Source of the DNA: Auanema rhodensis
Lineage: Eukaryota > Animalia > Nematoda
Assembly: GCA_964057225.1 (NCBI GenBank)
Contig: OZ059897.1
Location: forward strand, 13,764,001 to 13,828,000
Direction: 5' to 3'
DNA length: 64,000 nt
Below are positions 51,188-64,000 of this stretch, one piece after another. The notes under the pieces are model-generated. The model saw only the letters and a list, made by a program, of their open reading frames with translations, had not been told where the DNA came from and searched no databases. Both the position numbers and the translations under genes were made by a program. Within the stretch, counting starts at the first letter, position 1. Each line of letters opens with the position of its first letter.

Positions 51188-54163
51188 ATGAAATCGTTGG
51201 TTGAAGGTGAATGTGGCCGTTCTAACGCTCTGGTTGGACTTGCCCGCGACTATGGACAGTCGAACCAGCGCATAGCACCCTCCACAACTCGAGGTAGTAT
51301 AGACTTTGATTTTTTTTAAATTTTTTGAAACCTATTATGAACATTATGACTTCGTGTAGTGATGTCATAATTTGAAATAAATCATTTTTCTTTTGACAAG
51401 AGGGTTTTTGCTAGACACACAGCATAAGAGCTTATCTTTGGAATCCGGAGATACAGTTTTAAACTGATATGAGAACAATGTACTGTCTTGGCTCTGATTA
51501 TCTCTAATTTTAACTCTATTTCCGTTTTGAAAAATGTTGGATAATGAAATTGCCTAATATAAGAAATAAGTGTAAGTTCGATTTTTTGTGGATAACATTT
51601 GAAAATTGTATTTACATAAGTTCTCGTATCTTATGATTTTTTTTTTGAAACCTATTTTTTAAGGGGCTTCCTCATTATTACCTGCCAATAATCTTGGTGA
51701 GCAGTTTGCTAGTGATTTTCTTCAACAAAAGGCTAAAGGAACAACCGCTCCTAATTCGTTTAGTTTAAATGTAAGATTTTCATTTTGTGGTTTACATTTC
51801 ATTTAAATTTAGTCTTTGGCTGCTAATTTGCCTCAACATGCATCCTCATCCAGTATATCGAATACTTGGAGTTCTGAATATTCGTCTATTAGACCAGCAT
51901 CCCATGTAAGTTATAAATCTGTTTAAATTCTAATTCTGCTAATTTAGTCCTTAGCGACCCAATGGACATCGCAATATTCTGCAACTCGCCCCTCGATGGA
52001 GAGTGCGTGGTCAGCAGCACAACCTTTAGCTTCTACTTCAATGCCACTTCATCAAGAGTATGATTTTATAATTTATTAACATGAATTTTTATAATATGTT
52101 AAGTTCTGCTACTCATAGAAGCATGTGGTCTGATGAATTTCTTAATAATGTTGATAACTCTCTCAAATCATCTAGCGTATATTTTTCTAAATTATGGCAT
52201 AAAGATTATTTATTCATTCATAGGCTGAAATAAAATCTGCGGAATGGGCAAACGAATATTCTTCTAATCAACAGCCTGATATTTGGGGTTCGATGGAAGC
52301 TGAGTGGGAGGGAATCCAAGTAGTTAAAACAATGCTTTATCCTGTTGAACACATTTATTTCAGAGACATGTTGAAATGGCACAAGGCAGTGAAGATGTTC
52401 ATATGTTTGATGATTATAAATATGAGGTAGGTCTTTATTTTCAAAAAATACAACAAAAGTAGTATACGAATATCTGAAATTATCCTAATCCAATATTCAT
52501 TACTTGTCGTCAACATACAATATATTTTTGAAACTAATTTGACGGAAATACACATAAAAAAGAAATGTATAGCTTGTTGTCACAATTTGTATATTTTTGT
52601 ATATAATCTGTAGTTTGTAGTGTGCTAAAACTTGTTCTTTATGACTTTGAAGAAAAATAGTTTAAATGACTTAATATTTAATTTGATGAATAATATGTAA
52701 GCATAATGTTATAGGAAAACAATCCATATCAAACATCTGATAATCCCACGGTCCTTGGAGATCAATTATCTACTGCAGGTGATTTAGGAAATGCAGTGTT
52801 AGCATACGAGGCTGCTGTTCAAAAAAATCCACAGGATGCCCAGGTAATATAATATTTTTTAAAGCTATCTTTCTATTTTCCTTGGTTGTGATTAGCCGAT
52901 TACCTAATTTCTATGTATTCATTTTACCTAAAAAAAAATTACATGTGATTAGACGGTTTTCCCTTTAGAGCAAGCTTGATAATGAAATTAATAGTTATGA
53001 AAGAGAAGATCCGAAAGATGCAGATGTAAGTAAATTAAGTGTTGCTCTTTCTGGGCAGAAGTTTTTATTTAGATTTTCACTGCTCCCCGTATATATGTAA
53101 AACTCTTACCTGTATAAGCTGCAGTTCTCAAGATCACAAAATTATCATTTCAGAGCTGGTGTAAGTTGGGATTGGCGAATGCGGAGAATGAATTAGATGG
53201 CAAAGCAATTGAAGCTTTCAGAAAGTGTTTATCCTTGGATCCATCAAATCAAGAAGTGATAAATTTATATTTAATAATAATAGGCTTATTTATGTTTAGG
53301 CATTGTTGGCGTTGTCTGTATCGTTAGCTAATGAGTCAATGGAAAACGAGGCATTAAAACACTTAGAGCAGTGGATTTCGGTTTATGAAGGCGAACCTGT
53401 TGAACCTAAAGAATATAAAAATGTGTATTATAGTGTATTGGATGGAGATCTCTTTAAAAAGGCATGTTTTAAAGCTTTGATCATAATAATTAATGTATTT
53501 TTGAAGGTGGAGGAAAAGTTTTTAAGAGCAGCACGTCGACAGAAGGACTTGCCTGATGCGAAGCTTCAGAATGCTTTGGGAGTTTTGTACAATTTAAATA
53601 TGAATTACGATCGTGCCATTGAATGTTTGCGTATTGCTGTTCAGTGTGCACCAAACGTATGTGAAACTACTTTTTAACTTGATGCCTATATTGTTTCTAG
53701 AATCCTCAATTATGGAACAGGCTTGGTGCTACACTAGCTAACAGTGAGAACATTACTGAAGCTATTTCTGCTTATGATGTAGCTCTACAAATGTATCCAT
53801 CATATGTTCGAGCAAGATATAACTTAGGAATAGGATGTATGCATTTGAAAAAATTCAAGTAAATAGTTGATTTTTGTTTCGTCCATTTTGGTTTTGCAAT
53901 TTGTAGAGAGGCTACCGAGCATTTTGTGTCTGCTCTTGAGCTGCAAAAGGATTCAACGGGTAATTCTATATGGCCTCATCTCAGGTACGAATAGTTTTAA
54001 AATAATAATTTATTTTAATATATGCTATGTTACTTTTTTAAAGATCTGCAGCAATTAGAATACCGGGATGTCCTCGAGAATTATTGGATATTCTGGATAA
54101 ACGAGATTTGAACGAGTTCAAAGCTGCCCTCGGCCGACTATCCTTTCAGATATAATGAAATAA
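51188..54163 (+). CDS. prx-5: Peroxisomal targeting signal 1 receptor PEX5
   Basis: MKSLVEGECGRSNAL (conserved N-terminal Cys); WxxxF/Y repeats (WSSEY, WTSQY, WSDEF, WANEY); TPRs (LGNAVLAYEAAVQKNP, LQNALGVLYNL, LWNRLGATLAN, YVRARYNLGI). Confidence 0.95.
51321..51656. other. Intronic insertion bounded by an exact 16-bp direct repeat
   Basis: TTTTTTGAAACCTATT at 51321-51336 and 51641-51656 in prx-5 intron 1. Confidence 0.55.
52969..53025 (+). CDS. Candidate 57-nt in-frame cassette exon of prx-5 (SKLDNEINSYEREDPKDAD)
   Basis: Acceptor ttttccctttag and perfect donor gtaagt; phase 0-0; no stop; the peptide resembles the end of the preceding exon. Confidence 0.65.
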
Positions 54164-54947
54164 AGCATGACGTTATTTTTATGATAAAAACAGCACGTCT
54201 GTAATAACCTAAATGAATAAATTTTTTTATTAAATGTTAAATGTATAATTTTAAAAACTAATGGAGGAAAACAACCGATATACGGCATCTGTTGAAATGA
54301 AATGGTATTAGTGATTATCACATTTACCTTTATGTCTCTATTGTACTAAATTTAGACAATAAGTGCTACTTATTAAAATGAATATTAACATATTAGTGTT
54401 CAAACGCTAAACGTTTTTGAAAAAAAACATAATACAATGGTTATTTACCCTTGAGTGCTTTCTTTGTATGTACTGGCAGCCTCTGTCTGCTTTTTCCAGA
54501 TTGAGAATCGATATATAATTGGTCTCTTTGGCCACTTGTCCACTATTTTCATCTAAGTAAAAAGAGAATGAGACCCTGCTTAAGGTTAGATTACACCCAC
54601 CTAAACACTTATTATTCCCAGTCAGACCGTAGGCAGATTTATGAAGGCACTTTTCATTTTACTTTTTTTCTTCAATTCACTCTTGTCTTGAGAATAGAGT
54701 TGAAAACTTTGTATCATGTAGTTTTTTTTACTGTTCATAATAGTTCTTTCTCTTTTTACCCTTACGGGTAGCCAAATTATGATTGCTGGCTATCCATTTT
54801 ATTCGTTGCAAAAAATTTAAGATAGCCATCAGAAATTATGAAATAGTAATAGCATTATTATTCAAAAATTCAACAATAATGTATCTATAGTATATTAGGC
54901 GATTTACGTTTGATTATGTAAGTTAAGGAAATGAGCTTTGAGCAAAA

Positions 54948-57306
54948 ATGAATTTGGACGAGTTAAAAGAACTGGATATTCATTTCATTCATCCATCAAC
55001 TACAGTTCATCATGATTATAGACCTATAAAAGTGGGAAATTTCCTTCTTGGAAATAAAGCGAGCCCCTCTTTACATTCTATTTTTAGATCCATGTCTACA
55101 AAAACGGAGAAGAGCTTGATAAAGGGAAAGATGTAGCAGTTACACGCAGAGAGTTTAAACATTGGATAATATTTTTGGATGGTTTAACCAAAAAGCTAAA
55201 TACTTCAACTGCTATTCACCGTTTATTCACTATTCATGGAATTCCTGTAGAACATGTAAGCTTTTAGCCATATGCGAAATGATGTTGATATTACACCAAT
55301 TGGCCAGCTGTGTAACCTCTTCCCGTCTAAGGAAGTTGATGGTTACATTGCCGGTCAAGCACATATCTGTGTGTCGATATCTCAAAAGAATAACTCCGCT
55401 TACCGGATTTCCTTCAGTTCGATGAGCTGGAACACAAAGGAGAGTACGTAGCTGTAGAGAAAGGCAATTTTATCCATTGTCGCTATGGACGGGCAAATAA
55501 TTGGTCAGGAGAACGGGTAAGATCTTGGGGGCAATATGGTTATATATCTTTTTTATACATATTTTTCTAACTATGCCCTGACACAATGATCGTTTTATAA
55601 GTTTTATCTATATTTATTCAGTCTAAATTATGTTTTAATAGAATAACTCAAATTATGAAAACGGTCTTTGAAATCAATTTATTAAATACGTACTGACATA
55701 ATCAACTTAAATACCATTTTGTTATTTTTTGACAAAGTCACGCTGATATAATGAGAAGTTCTCATTTCAAAATTACCCTATTTTTATAGAAAGTACAAAC
55801 TGATTTAAACTTAATATTAGGCCATGTTGTTTTGCAATTGCATTGCATAATCACTATTAGGTTATAGAAGATATGTTGTAGAAGTGGAAATCACTAGGGC
55901 GAGTTGATTTACCGAAGCCTGTATTTCTAGAATCAGCTGAAACGATGGATATTTATTTGAAACGTGAAGGATACGATAGTATTACAGGTTAACATTTCAT
56001 AAATAAAGTATTAATTACGTCCAATAGGGTCGTTTTAACAACTAATTTAAAATTTTGCTGGTGTCCTAACAAATATTTAGGTCTACCGTATCCCTTCGAC
56101 GGAATATTATCACGTAGTCCAAGTACCTCAGCATTACATCTGAAAAGTCATCATTCACATATTAGAAAGGTATTCATTCCAAAATCTTCTTTTGAGATCA
56201 TTCTCATGTCTATCAAGAGAAAAACATTCAAATTTCAGTTTGGTAGTTTGGAAAAACTCAATCAGGTTGGTCAAACTGTTTGGGGATTTGAGGACAGGAA
56301 GTTTTCGTCAAAAGAAAGAGGTAAGTGCATATTTATTTTCGTATTTATGTATAATAATGAAAAAGTTTGTTAATTTCATTTCATGTTTTATAAAATGAAT
56401 AAAATGTTTATTTGAGCATTACCAATTTCAGTTTCAAGTGTTCCAAAACTTCCACCTCTGGGAGATATTTTATCGGAAAGGAATAGCAAAACTGAAGGTA
56501 TTCATATTAAAAAAATTAATTTACGACTGTTATGTTTTGAAACTAATTGTAGAAAATAATAACGAAAAGCAACGAGTCGATAACGAAGCTATAGTCCCTA
56601 AACCGGAGAAAACAGTAACTGTTTTACCTCCAATAGATGCTGGAAAGGGGCATCAGGAGAAACAGGAAAAGGATGAAACAAAGGGAAACAAAACAATGAT
56701 AACGAAAGGTTTCATAAACCACAAAATTACTCAAAATTATTTATGTTTTCAATATTTTAGAGAAGCTTCCTCCAATAAAAACGAATGCAATTACGAAAGA
56801 GAGTCGAATTCCTATTAAGAAATTTACTAAACGCGAATTGAAAACAGGTTAGAACTTATTGTTCTTTGTATTATTGAATAAGCTATCATATATTAGTATC
56901 TGCCCGCCCGACGTGGTCGCAACAAAAATCTTATGAATCCAAGGAATATAAAAGTCAAGAAATTGTTGAGTCAATCATGCCTTTATCGGAAAATATAGTT
57001 CATCGGCCGGCAAAAGAATTGATCATAAAACCTGATAGCCCCTCTTTGCTTAAGCAATCACAGTCTGTTCCTCAATTACACACCCCAAGAGAAGATTATC
57101 CAGTAGCTCCTCGTCCTTTAATCACACGTCGTGAACGTGAGCAGAGTGAGGTATTTAACTATTGAGAACCTTATCACAATATGTAATTCAACATTTTCCA
57201 GAGACGGAGACGTCGTAGTCAAATTCAACAAAGCGATAATTGCATAGATACCTTTTCCTATCTTCGTTATCCAGTTCACTACGATCCAGATTTTTCAGAT
57301 TATTAG
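54948..57306 (+). CDS. Doublecortin (DCX) domain protein, DCDC2/RP1-like (possible rpi-1 relative)
   Basis: IHVYKNGE..GKDVAVTRREFKHWIIFLDGLTKKL..AIHRLFTIHGIPVEH|FDELEHKGEYVAVEKGNFIHCRYG matches the DCX pattern, followed by a long low-complexity tail ending DPDFSDY*. Confidence 0.8.
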
Positions 57307-60086
57307 TGTTTATATTCAAAGTTGTGCCTAATGTTTTTGTATGTACCGCTGAAATAGCAATTCAAAAAAAGTTTAATACAATATTATGCTTTCTGTGAAA
57401 AGATATCTTTCAATGTTTTTGGCCAAATTTTATTTGTTCCTGATCTTATGAGCTTTCATAAATATATATACATATGTATATATGTATATATTTAATATAT
57501 ATAGTCAATGTGAAATAGAATTCGATTTATGAAACAATATTAAAGATATTATATTTTTGTGTCTAAACAGTATTATTCAGAGCAAGTAAAATATAATTGT
57601 AGACAGCATCATAAACTTGAAAATTACTATATAAATAAGTATAATGTACATAATTTGCTCGAATCACACTTATACATATGTATAAATACATATAAGTAAA
57701 GCAGAAATTAATTTTAATATTTGAAATATTATCAGCACAAGATTTATCATAGCTTATGATCCATTTATTGTGTTTGATACGGTAGCAATATTATGCATAA
57801 AGATGAACACAATGTTTGAAAATATATTTTATTTTAAAAGAAAACTGTAAACAATTTGCAGTAATTAAGCTACTTAAATGACTATCATAACTTTTTTTTT
57901 CTTCTTTCATAAATCATTATGGTTTAATGTTCTCAGTTCATTTTGTTATGGAATTGCATAACTTTAGCATCATATGGCAATAATGCTATACACCTCGTAA
58001 CAAACAATTTAGTTGATCGAATTTCGATTATTTTTTATTATATTTAAAATAATTTTCTTCTACAAAATATGATAATGACGGGAAACAATGAAATATAGTA
58101 TTGTGCAGACTATATACTTGTTACATGTTTACTATGCTATGTCATAATATATATGTATGTATTATATAAAGTAGCATCACAACAAAAATGAATTAAAGAA
58201 AATAGAATGAATAGATTTACCTTACTCCTCGCTCTTTTAATTCACATAATGCATATTGTTATTATTATTATTTATTAGTGTGACTATTATTTTGTTTACT
58301 AAAATGATACCAAATGGACTGTTAACTAGTGTTTAATTATTTTACTATATTCAAATAGTCAATACTTTTACACGTCATGATGAATTCACGTGAGAATATC
58401 TTTTATTTTTCTGCAGATGCATTCTGCATAATTTGTATCCTATAGGGATATTTCAACCAAAATGCCTTATATATTGTGTATTTCAAAAATTTGAAGTTCA
58501 CTTCAATTTCTGAAATAAAAAAAATTTATCGTTTATCTTGTGATATATGTATACGATTTATAATAACTGAAAAATTTTGATATGTAAAATGTGTTTTTAT
58601 TTTATTTGTAAATATACAAATTGTATATATGTATAAACATATTTGGAAGCGATTCATTGGATTATCTAAAACAGGGAGGCCTATCATTTTCAGATGATCA
58701 GACATAATAGATAACATAGATAATATATGTTTATATACGTAATATTCGTAACAAATAACATCAAAATATATAAACAATTTTTTTCTATATTACTGCAGCA
58801 TATATATATATATAAAAAAAGAATTTTATATATTATAATATTATTTGTTCCTTGATGTTTCTCTTCTGCATGAACAATAATCATTCTGGAAGTAGTATTA
58901 GGTCAAGCTTTATGCAGGTTTCTATAGTAACTGATGACGAATATTTTCTTTGTTTTCTTGGATGATAATCTGATACTATATAATTTTTGAATTCTAATTA
59001 TAACCTAGCATGAATTCTAATATCACAGGTCAATATTTCGTAACTTTTACGAAATATTGAATATTATTTCAGAAGACAAAAATATAATATTAAACATGCT
59101 ACCTTTAAACTACCCCTAATTTGAAATACATAGCATAAAATATATGTAGAAAAAAATTTATTTCGAAAGCATCGTTGAGATCAAACTTCAGTGTTACTCA
59201 ATTCTTTCTGATTAATTAGAAAATTCATATAATAAAATGAAATTAGCAATTAGTATTCAAAACACCTAGCTAAAAATCTCATTTGCAAAAACTACGTATA
59301 TGTATACTCACACGAACAGATCTAATCGTTGCTTTTTAAGCTTCTATAAAAACATGAAGTTATACTTCATGAAGGAATAAAATGTAATTGGTTTTAAAAT
59401 ATGTATATAAGAACATCCATTATACTTTATGATTTCATACCTACATATATGCATATATGTACGTATATAAGTTACATGGCATTGTTATAGTATAACGTCT
59501 GAAAACATTTTGTTCGGACATTCTGATAACTTTTTGAATTTATATATATAATTCTATAAGATACAACTACAAAGACAAATGTCGTGAATTTGCTAAACTA
59601 TCATCTAAAGATAGATTCGTATTTGCATTTTTTAGCAATACCCGTTTTTACACCTTCTTTCACTAGAATTCTAATGCTATGATTAGTATTAATCAAAGCT
59701 ATTTTGGAATTTTCATGTAAAATATGTAAAATATTTTAATATGTATATACACATAAACATCTTCAAGTTCATCTGCATCTGTTCATAGCACATATAAAAA
59801 TTATATCTTGGCCGGAAAGTGCATTAGTTTTCTATAAAATTCATAACTTTTAGTTCATCTTACTTTCCTCTACTTCTGTTTCTCGTCTCTCGTTGTCTAG
59901 CTCTCGTTCATAGGTATAAAAAGCTACACCTCTTTATATTAGAACACAAGCACACGCAGGGGCGTGGCTGCGAAGAGGACTGACTGTCAAACAGCTGACC
60001 ACAGAATCATAGTCAGTCTTTCATTTATCTTGCTAGACTGCAGCCACCTATCACGTACTATATACAACACTCATCAAACTTTTGAA

Positions 60087-62582
60087 ATGGGAGCTACAGA
60101 GATATTGCCTTATCCTCGCCGACGTTCATCTGTTCAAGTAAGTTCTAACCTTCTTTACCTTGATTCAAACGTATCGGAGAGTTTTGATATATCGTTTCCC
60201 AACAAGTTAAACTTCTAAATTTGCTTCAGCTTGAACCGATTTCGATGAACCTACCGGGAGAAACATTATCAGCTTCACCTCCTGTCAAAACATCCTATTC
60301 GAATTATATTAACAACGGTTCATCACGAATGCATGAACAATCAACAAGTTCAACACGAGCACTTAATCCCTTAAAAGAAGGATCTGTAATGAGACCACGA
60401 TGTAATAGTGAGGTAACTTGTTGAATATGTAATATCAAACCATATTGCCTGGGGAGAAGATTTCGAATTTGACTAAGATATTCGACAACAACATTTCAAA
60501 ACTACTTGGTTTTGTATATTTTTGCATATATATTATATATATTTATATATAATATATATGCATAGTTAAGTTATAAGATTGCGTATAAATCAATAGAATT
60601 TTTTTATATTTCGAAATAACTGTAAGAATTAATTCATCCAAATTCAATTAATTATTTAAGTAAGTCCTTGTGCATATCAACGATATTTTTACCAATATCA
60701 GGCTATATCTTTTTTAATTTATTAGTAATATCTATTAAGAAAAATTTCTATTTCAATGTTTTGAAAGTGTATATTCGAAGACAGATGCCCTACTACACTA
60801 ATTCGGCTTCCATCTATATATACATAGTGAACTTTCTCATAACATGAATATATGTACTCATATATACCAATATAGAATATACTTTCATTTAAGATGTTAT
60901 ATTTAACTTCCTGATTACATTGGTTTTAACATTTGTTTAAGTTTCCTATTTTTCGTTAAAAATATTCATATCTAACACATTGCACATAACTTATTATTAA
61001 TTTCCTCAACACATATTTCATATAAAGGAAATAATGCCGTCATACGTATTGACTGTTTTTCTAGATATTTCGAAAAACGTTTTCGTTAATTTAACAACTT
61101 TTGGCTCATGTTATCTACTCAATAATCTATAATCTTTTAGCGTTTTTGCTTAATTTTTTCTAATAAGTTAATTTTTTTTAACACTCAAAGGTTTAAAATT
61201 CTGACAGCTCAAAAAAGGTTTCTATTCATTCTTTGAAGAATCTTATCTTTATTATTCAATCTAACTATTATAGAGTATATCGACAAATTTGAAGAATTTC
61301 ATTTTATTTAGCAAGGCCTTCGATAAATTTGAAATAAGAAAAAAGTATTTATCAATTTCAATTGACAACATAATGAAAACAAACAAAATAAAAGTAGAAT
61401 AGTATATAATCTTGAGATATCTTGCAAATTGTGTCATATTACTCAATCAACTCTTTCAATTGAATCATAATTGAAAAGACGAATATATGAACATTCGCAG
61501 AAATTATTAGAGTTTGCTTAAGTTCTCATAATCGCAAAATGACCAGATGGCCAGAAGGTGAGAAGCTTGTTCAATTAAGAAACATAATCTTGTCTTCGTT
61601 GAAAGAGCATGAGAAACTTATGTTGTTCATAATACTTCATCTTAACTATACGAAGCCTTTTTTGCCTTTTTTCTTATATATTTCATCGGCTTCTCATACA
61701 TCTGATTTTCGGCTTCATTTAGCTCGTACATCTTACAATTTTCTCTCTGTTTACCATTTGGAATGAAAATTCATATACGAACTATATACGAAAAGCTGAA
61801 ATCTAAAAAACCAAGAAGAGAGAGAGAAAGAAAAATAAAAATAAAAGAGAATATCAGAGAATGTCCGATGGCTATTAAGGCTTGTTTATGTATATATGGA
61901 TATGTATCGTTTTTTTGGTTTTGAAGAGAAAAAAATTGCTTGTTCCCGAACAAACAATATATCTTTAATAATAGAGAAGAAAAAGAATAAGAGAAAATAA
62001 AAAAAGGAATGTATTTTTCCCTGTATACTTCCCGAATGACCGATTGATCGGATGTGAAAAAATACAATTTACTATATTTTGTTTTGTTTTCTTTAATTTT
62101 CAGTACGAAAAAATAACACGATATTGTTGATGAAAACAAAATCGTTTGTATAGTACGATTGAAAAAAAAAGTTGTATTTCTTCTAAAATGTGAATGCGCA
62201 AGATTTTCTTCTTTTCATGACAATGGTACTTAAATGTAGTACAAAGTACATATTAAAATCTGTAGGAAAATTGACAATGACATGTGTATAACAAATTATC
62301 TATCTATTCTGAATCCTTAATATGAGTATACAGCTTTTTCTTCGGCTAATATGCTTTGAAAGAAATAATTACTATGCAAAGAGTTAAATTTCTTTATTAT
62401 AGACTCGATGTCGTTCATGTGATGCCCCTGAGCGAAGCAGACACAACTCACTGATACCTGGAGATAAAGTACGTCCACGAGAAGCTTCCAGAAGAAGAAT
62501 ATCTGTAAATGATGATAATGAAATGGAAACCACAGCTCAATTTATTGAACGAATACGTCAAGAACTGATAGCTCAACTATAA
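60087..62582 (+). CDS. Small disordered protein (about 135 aa, 3 exons) rich in basophilic kinase sites
   Basis: MGATEILPYPRRRSSVQ|LEPISM..RPRCNSE|TRCRSCDAPERSRHNS..RRRISV..FIERIRQELIAQL*. Phase-0 introns, the second about 2 kb; GTATAAAA near 59913 upstream. Confidence 0.7.
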
Positions 62583-62624
62583 TATTTTTTTCGTAGATAT
62601 TTATCGCTATACATATTTATATAC

Positions 62625-62659
<35 letters not shown>

Positions 62660-64000
62660 TGTATATACAATATATTTTTTGTCAGAATATTTCCATTATA
62701 ATGGATTCTTTTTTGTTTGGCTTTACCAATTGATGCTGGCTTATGGTATATTCCTCATTACTTACTTATCTTTCACAAAAGCACGTGTAGAAATTTGGTG
62801 AAAGAATTATCAGTCACATCTCGTGATATTTCATAAAATATACGCAACCTTCTGTACTTTTATAATACAATTAATTGTTCGTTTGACCGATAGTAATAAA
62901 TCATATTCTTGAGTTAAGCATGCAGTTGGTAAAAATTTCAAAAGATTAATAGTCTAATTAGAAACGCCGTTGCTGTTAGTGAATGAGAAGCAACCGCTCG
63001 TGGTGTGCATTTACCTTGAAATGATTTTATGTTGGCACCACGTGACGCAAATAGCTTTGAAAGATCAAAAGAATAATCACTGATTTTATGTTATCTATAA
63101 AGACTAAAAGGAATTTCCTATATTTCAATATTATCAAACATCAAGTGTCCAAATGTGCCAGATGAAGTTTAAAAGATTGTTTCAGATTTTCTGCTTCAGC
63201 TTCCAATTTATCTCAATTAAATCAAGAAGAACAAATATTAAGATCAGAAATCAAATAAAAATTTGTTTTTTTTAGTGATCGATGTTTATTATATACAGTA
63301 GTTTTAAAGAAAACATCTTCACGAATTCATTTACTATATGAAAAGTATAGGTTTTTTTATTTAATATTTTGGTTTCTAGCTATGGGATAAAATACACGTT
63401 GCTTGAAAAAATACAGTCCAACTTATTTTATACAGAAAACTAAGTATCCTTTAACGAACCACTAGAACTTTGAGCGTTCGAAGGAATACAAAATTTATCC
63501 AACTTAATCAGCTGTTATATGAGGATACTGAAAGCTGAAAAATAATATTCAACAAAACCTGATACCATCACAAAACTACAACCGAGATCGTCAGAACTGA
63601 AACTTTTGCACAATTTAAAAATAGGGAAGAATATAATTTTTGAAAAGTGCTTGAACATTAAATTTTAAAAATTTCCCGGGGTTTAAAATAATTTTCGTTA
63701 GTTCAGTGAACACGCTCACTTTAGTTTATTGTTATTATTTATAATGAACAAAGTGCCAATAACCTTATGAAGATGCTATTGGAATTTAACCTACTAAACA
63801 GTTACTTGGATCGATTTGCCAAGAGCATAACAGTTGGTTGACCCGCTGCTAATGGCATACTGCCTTGGCTCCCATAAAATCAATACCAAGCGAATTATCT
63901 TAACATTTGGTTATACGGCATTGTTTTCACGAGCAGTGTGGTGTTTCTGTTTTTTATTTCCTTTTTTAAATAAATTTGTTATAGTTTTCTTACGTTTTCT

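Noticed and set aside
53040-53142. Two hairpins plus ACA in the prx-5 intron after the cassette exon
   Set aside because: No ANANNA H box between the hairpins, and the stems are weak
62224-62245. Minus-strand TTTGTACTACATTTAAGTACCA resembles miR-239
   Set aside because: There is no complementary arm on either side, so no pre-miRNA hairpin; part of the match is explained by a local GTACTT/AAGTAC inverted repeat

Overview
AT-rich eukaryotic genomic DNA from a rhabditid nematode. It is not C. elegans: introns are very short (about 40-55 nt) and 3' splice sites are relaxed (TAG/CAG/AAG). Gene models were assembled by hand from splice sites, so exon boundaries are approximate. From left to right: (1) cystathionine gamma-lyase cth-2 (+); (2) a ~19 kb gene-poor, microsatellite-rich stretch with GC-richer islands; (3) an HNF4-type nuclear receptor, nhr-88-like (+); (4) nine co-oriented minus-strand genes that look like an SL2-type operon: Aurora B air-2-like, two orphans, ncap-1, ubc-15, ubc-26, sqv-2, pigw-1 and a lysosomal-type 7TM protein; (5) an orphan type I membrane protein (+) whose stop lies 12 bp from that of a convergent FANCM-like gene with degenerate helicase motifs (-); (6) prx-5 (+); (7) a doublecortin-domain gene (+); (8) a small disordered phosphoprotein gene (+). 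No tRNA, rRNA, CRISPR array or intact transposon was recognised. The best leads are an extra in-frame prx-5 exon that repeats part of TPR1, a UBE2J2 paralogue that replaces its membrane anchor with NLS and SUMO-interacting motifs, structured non-coding islands in the operon gaps and in introns, non-canonical splice sites (GT-TG, GC-AG), and a 320-bp intronic insertion bounded by a 16-bp direct repeat. All ncRNA calls are by-eye hypotheses.
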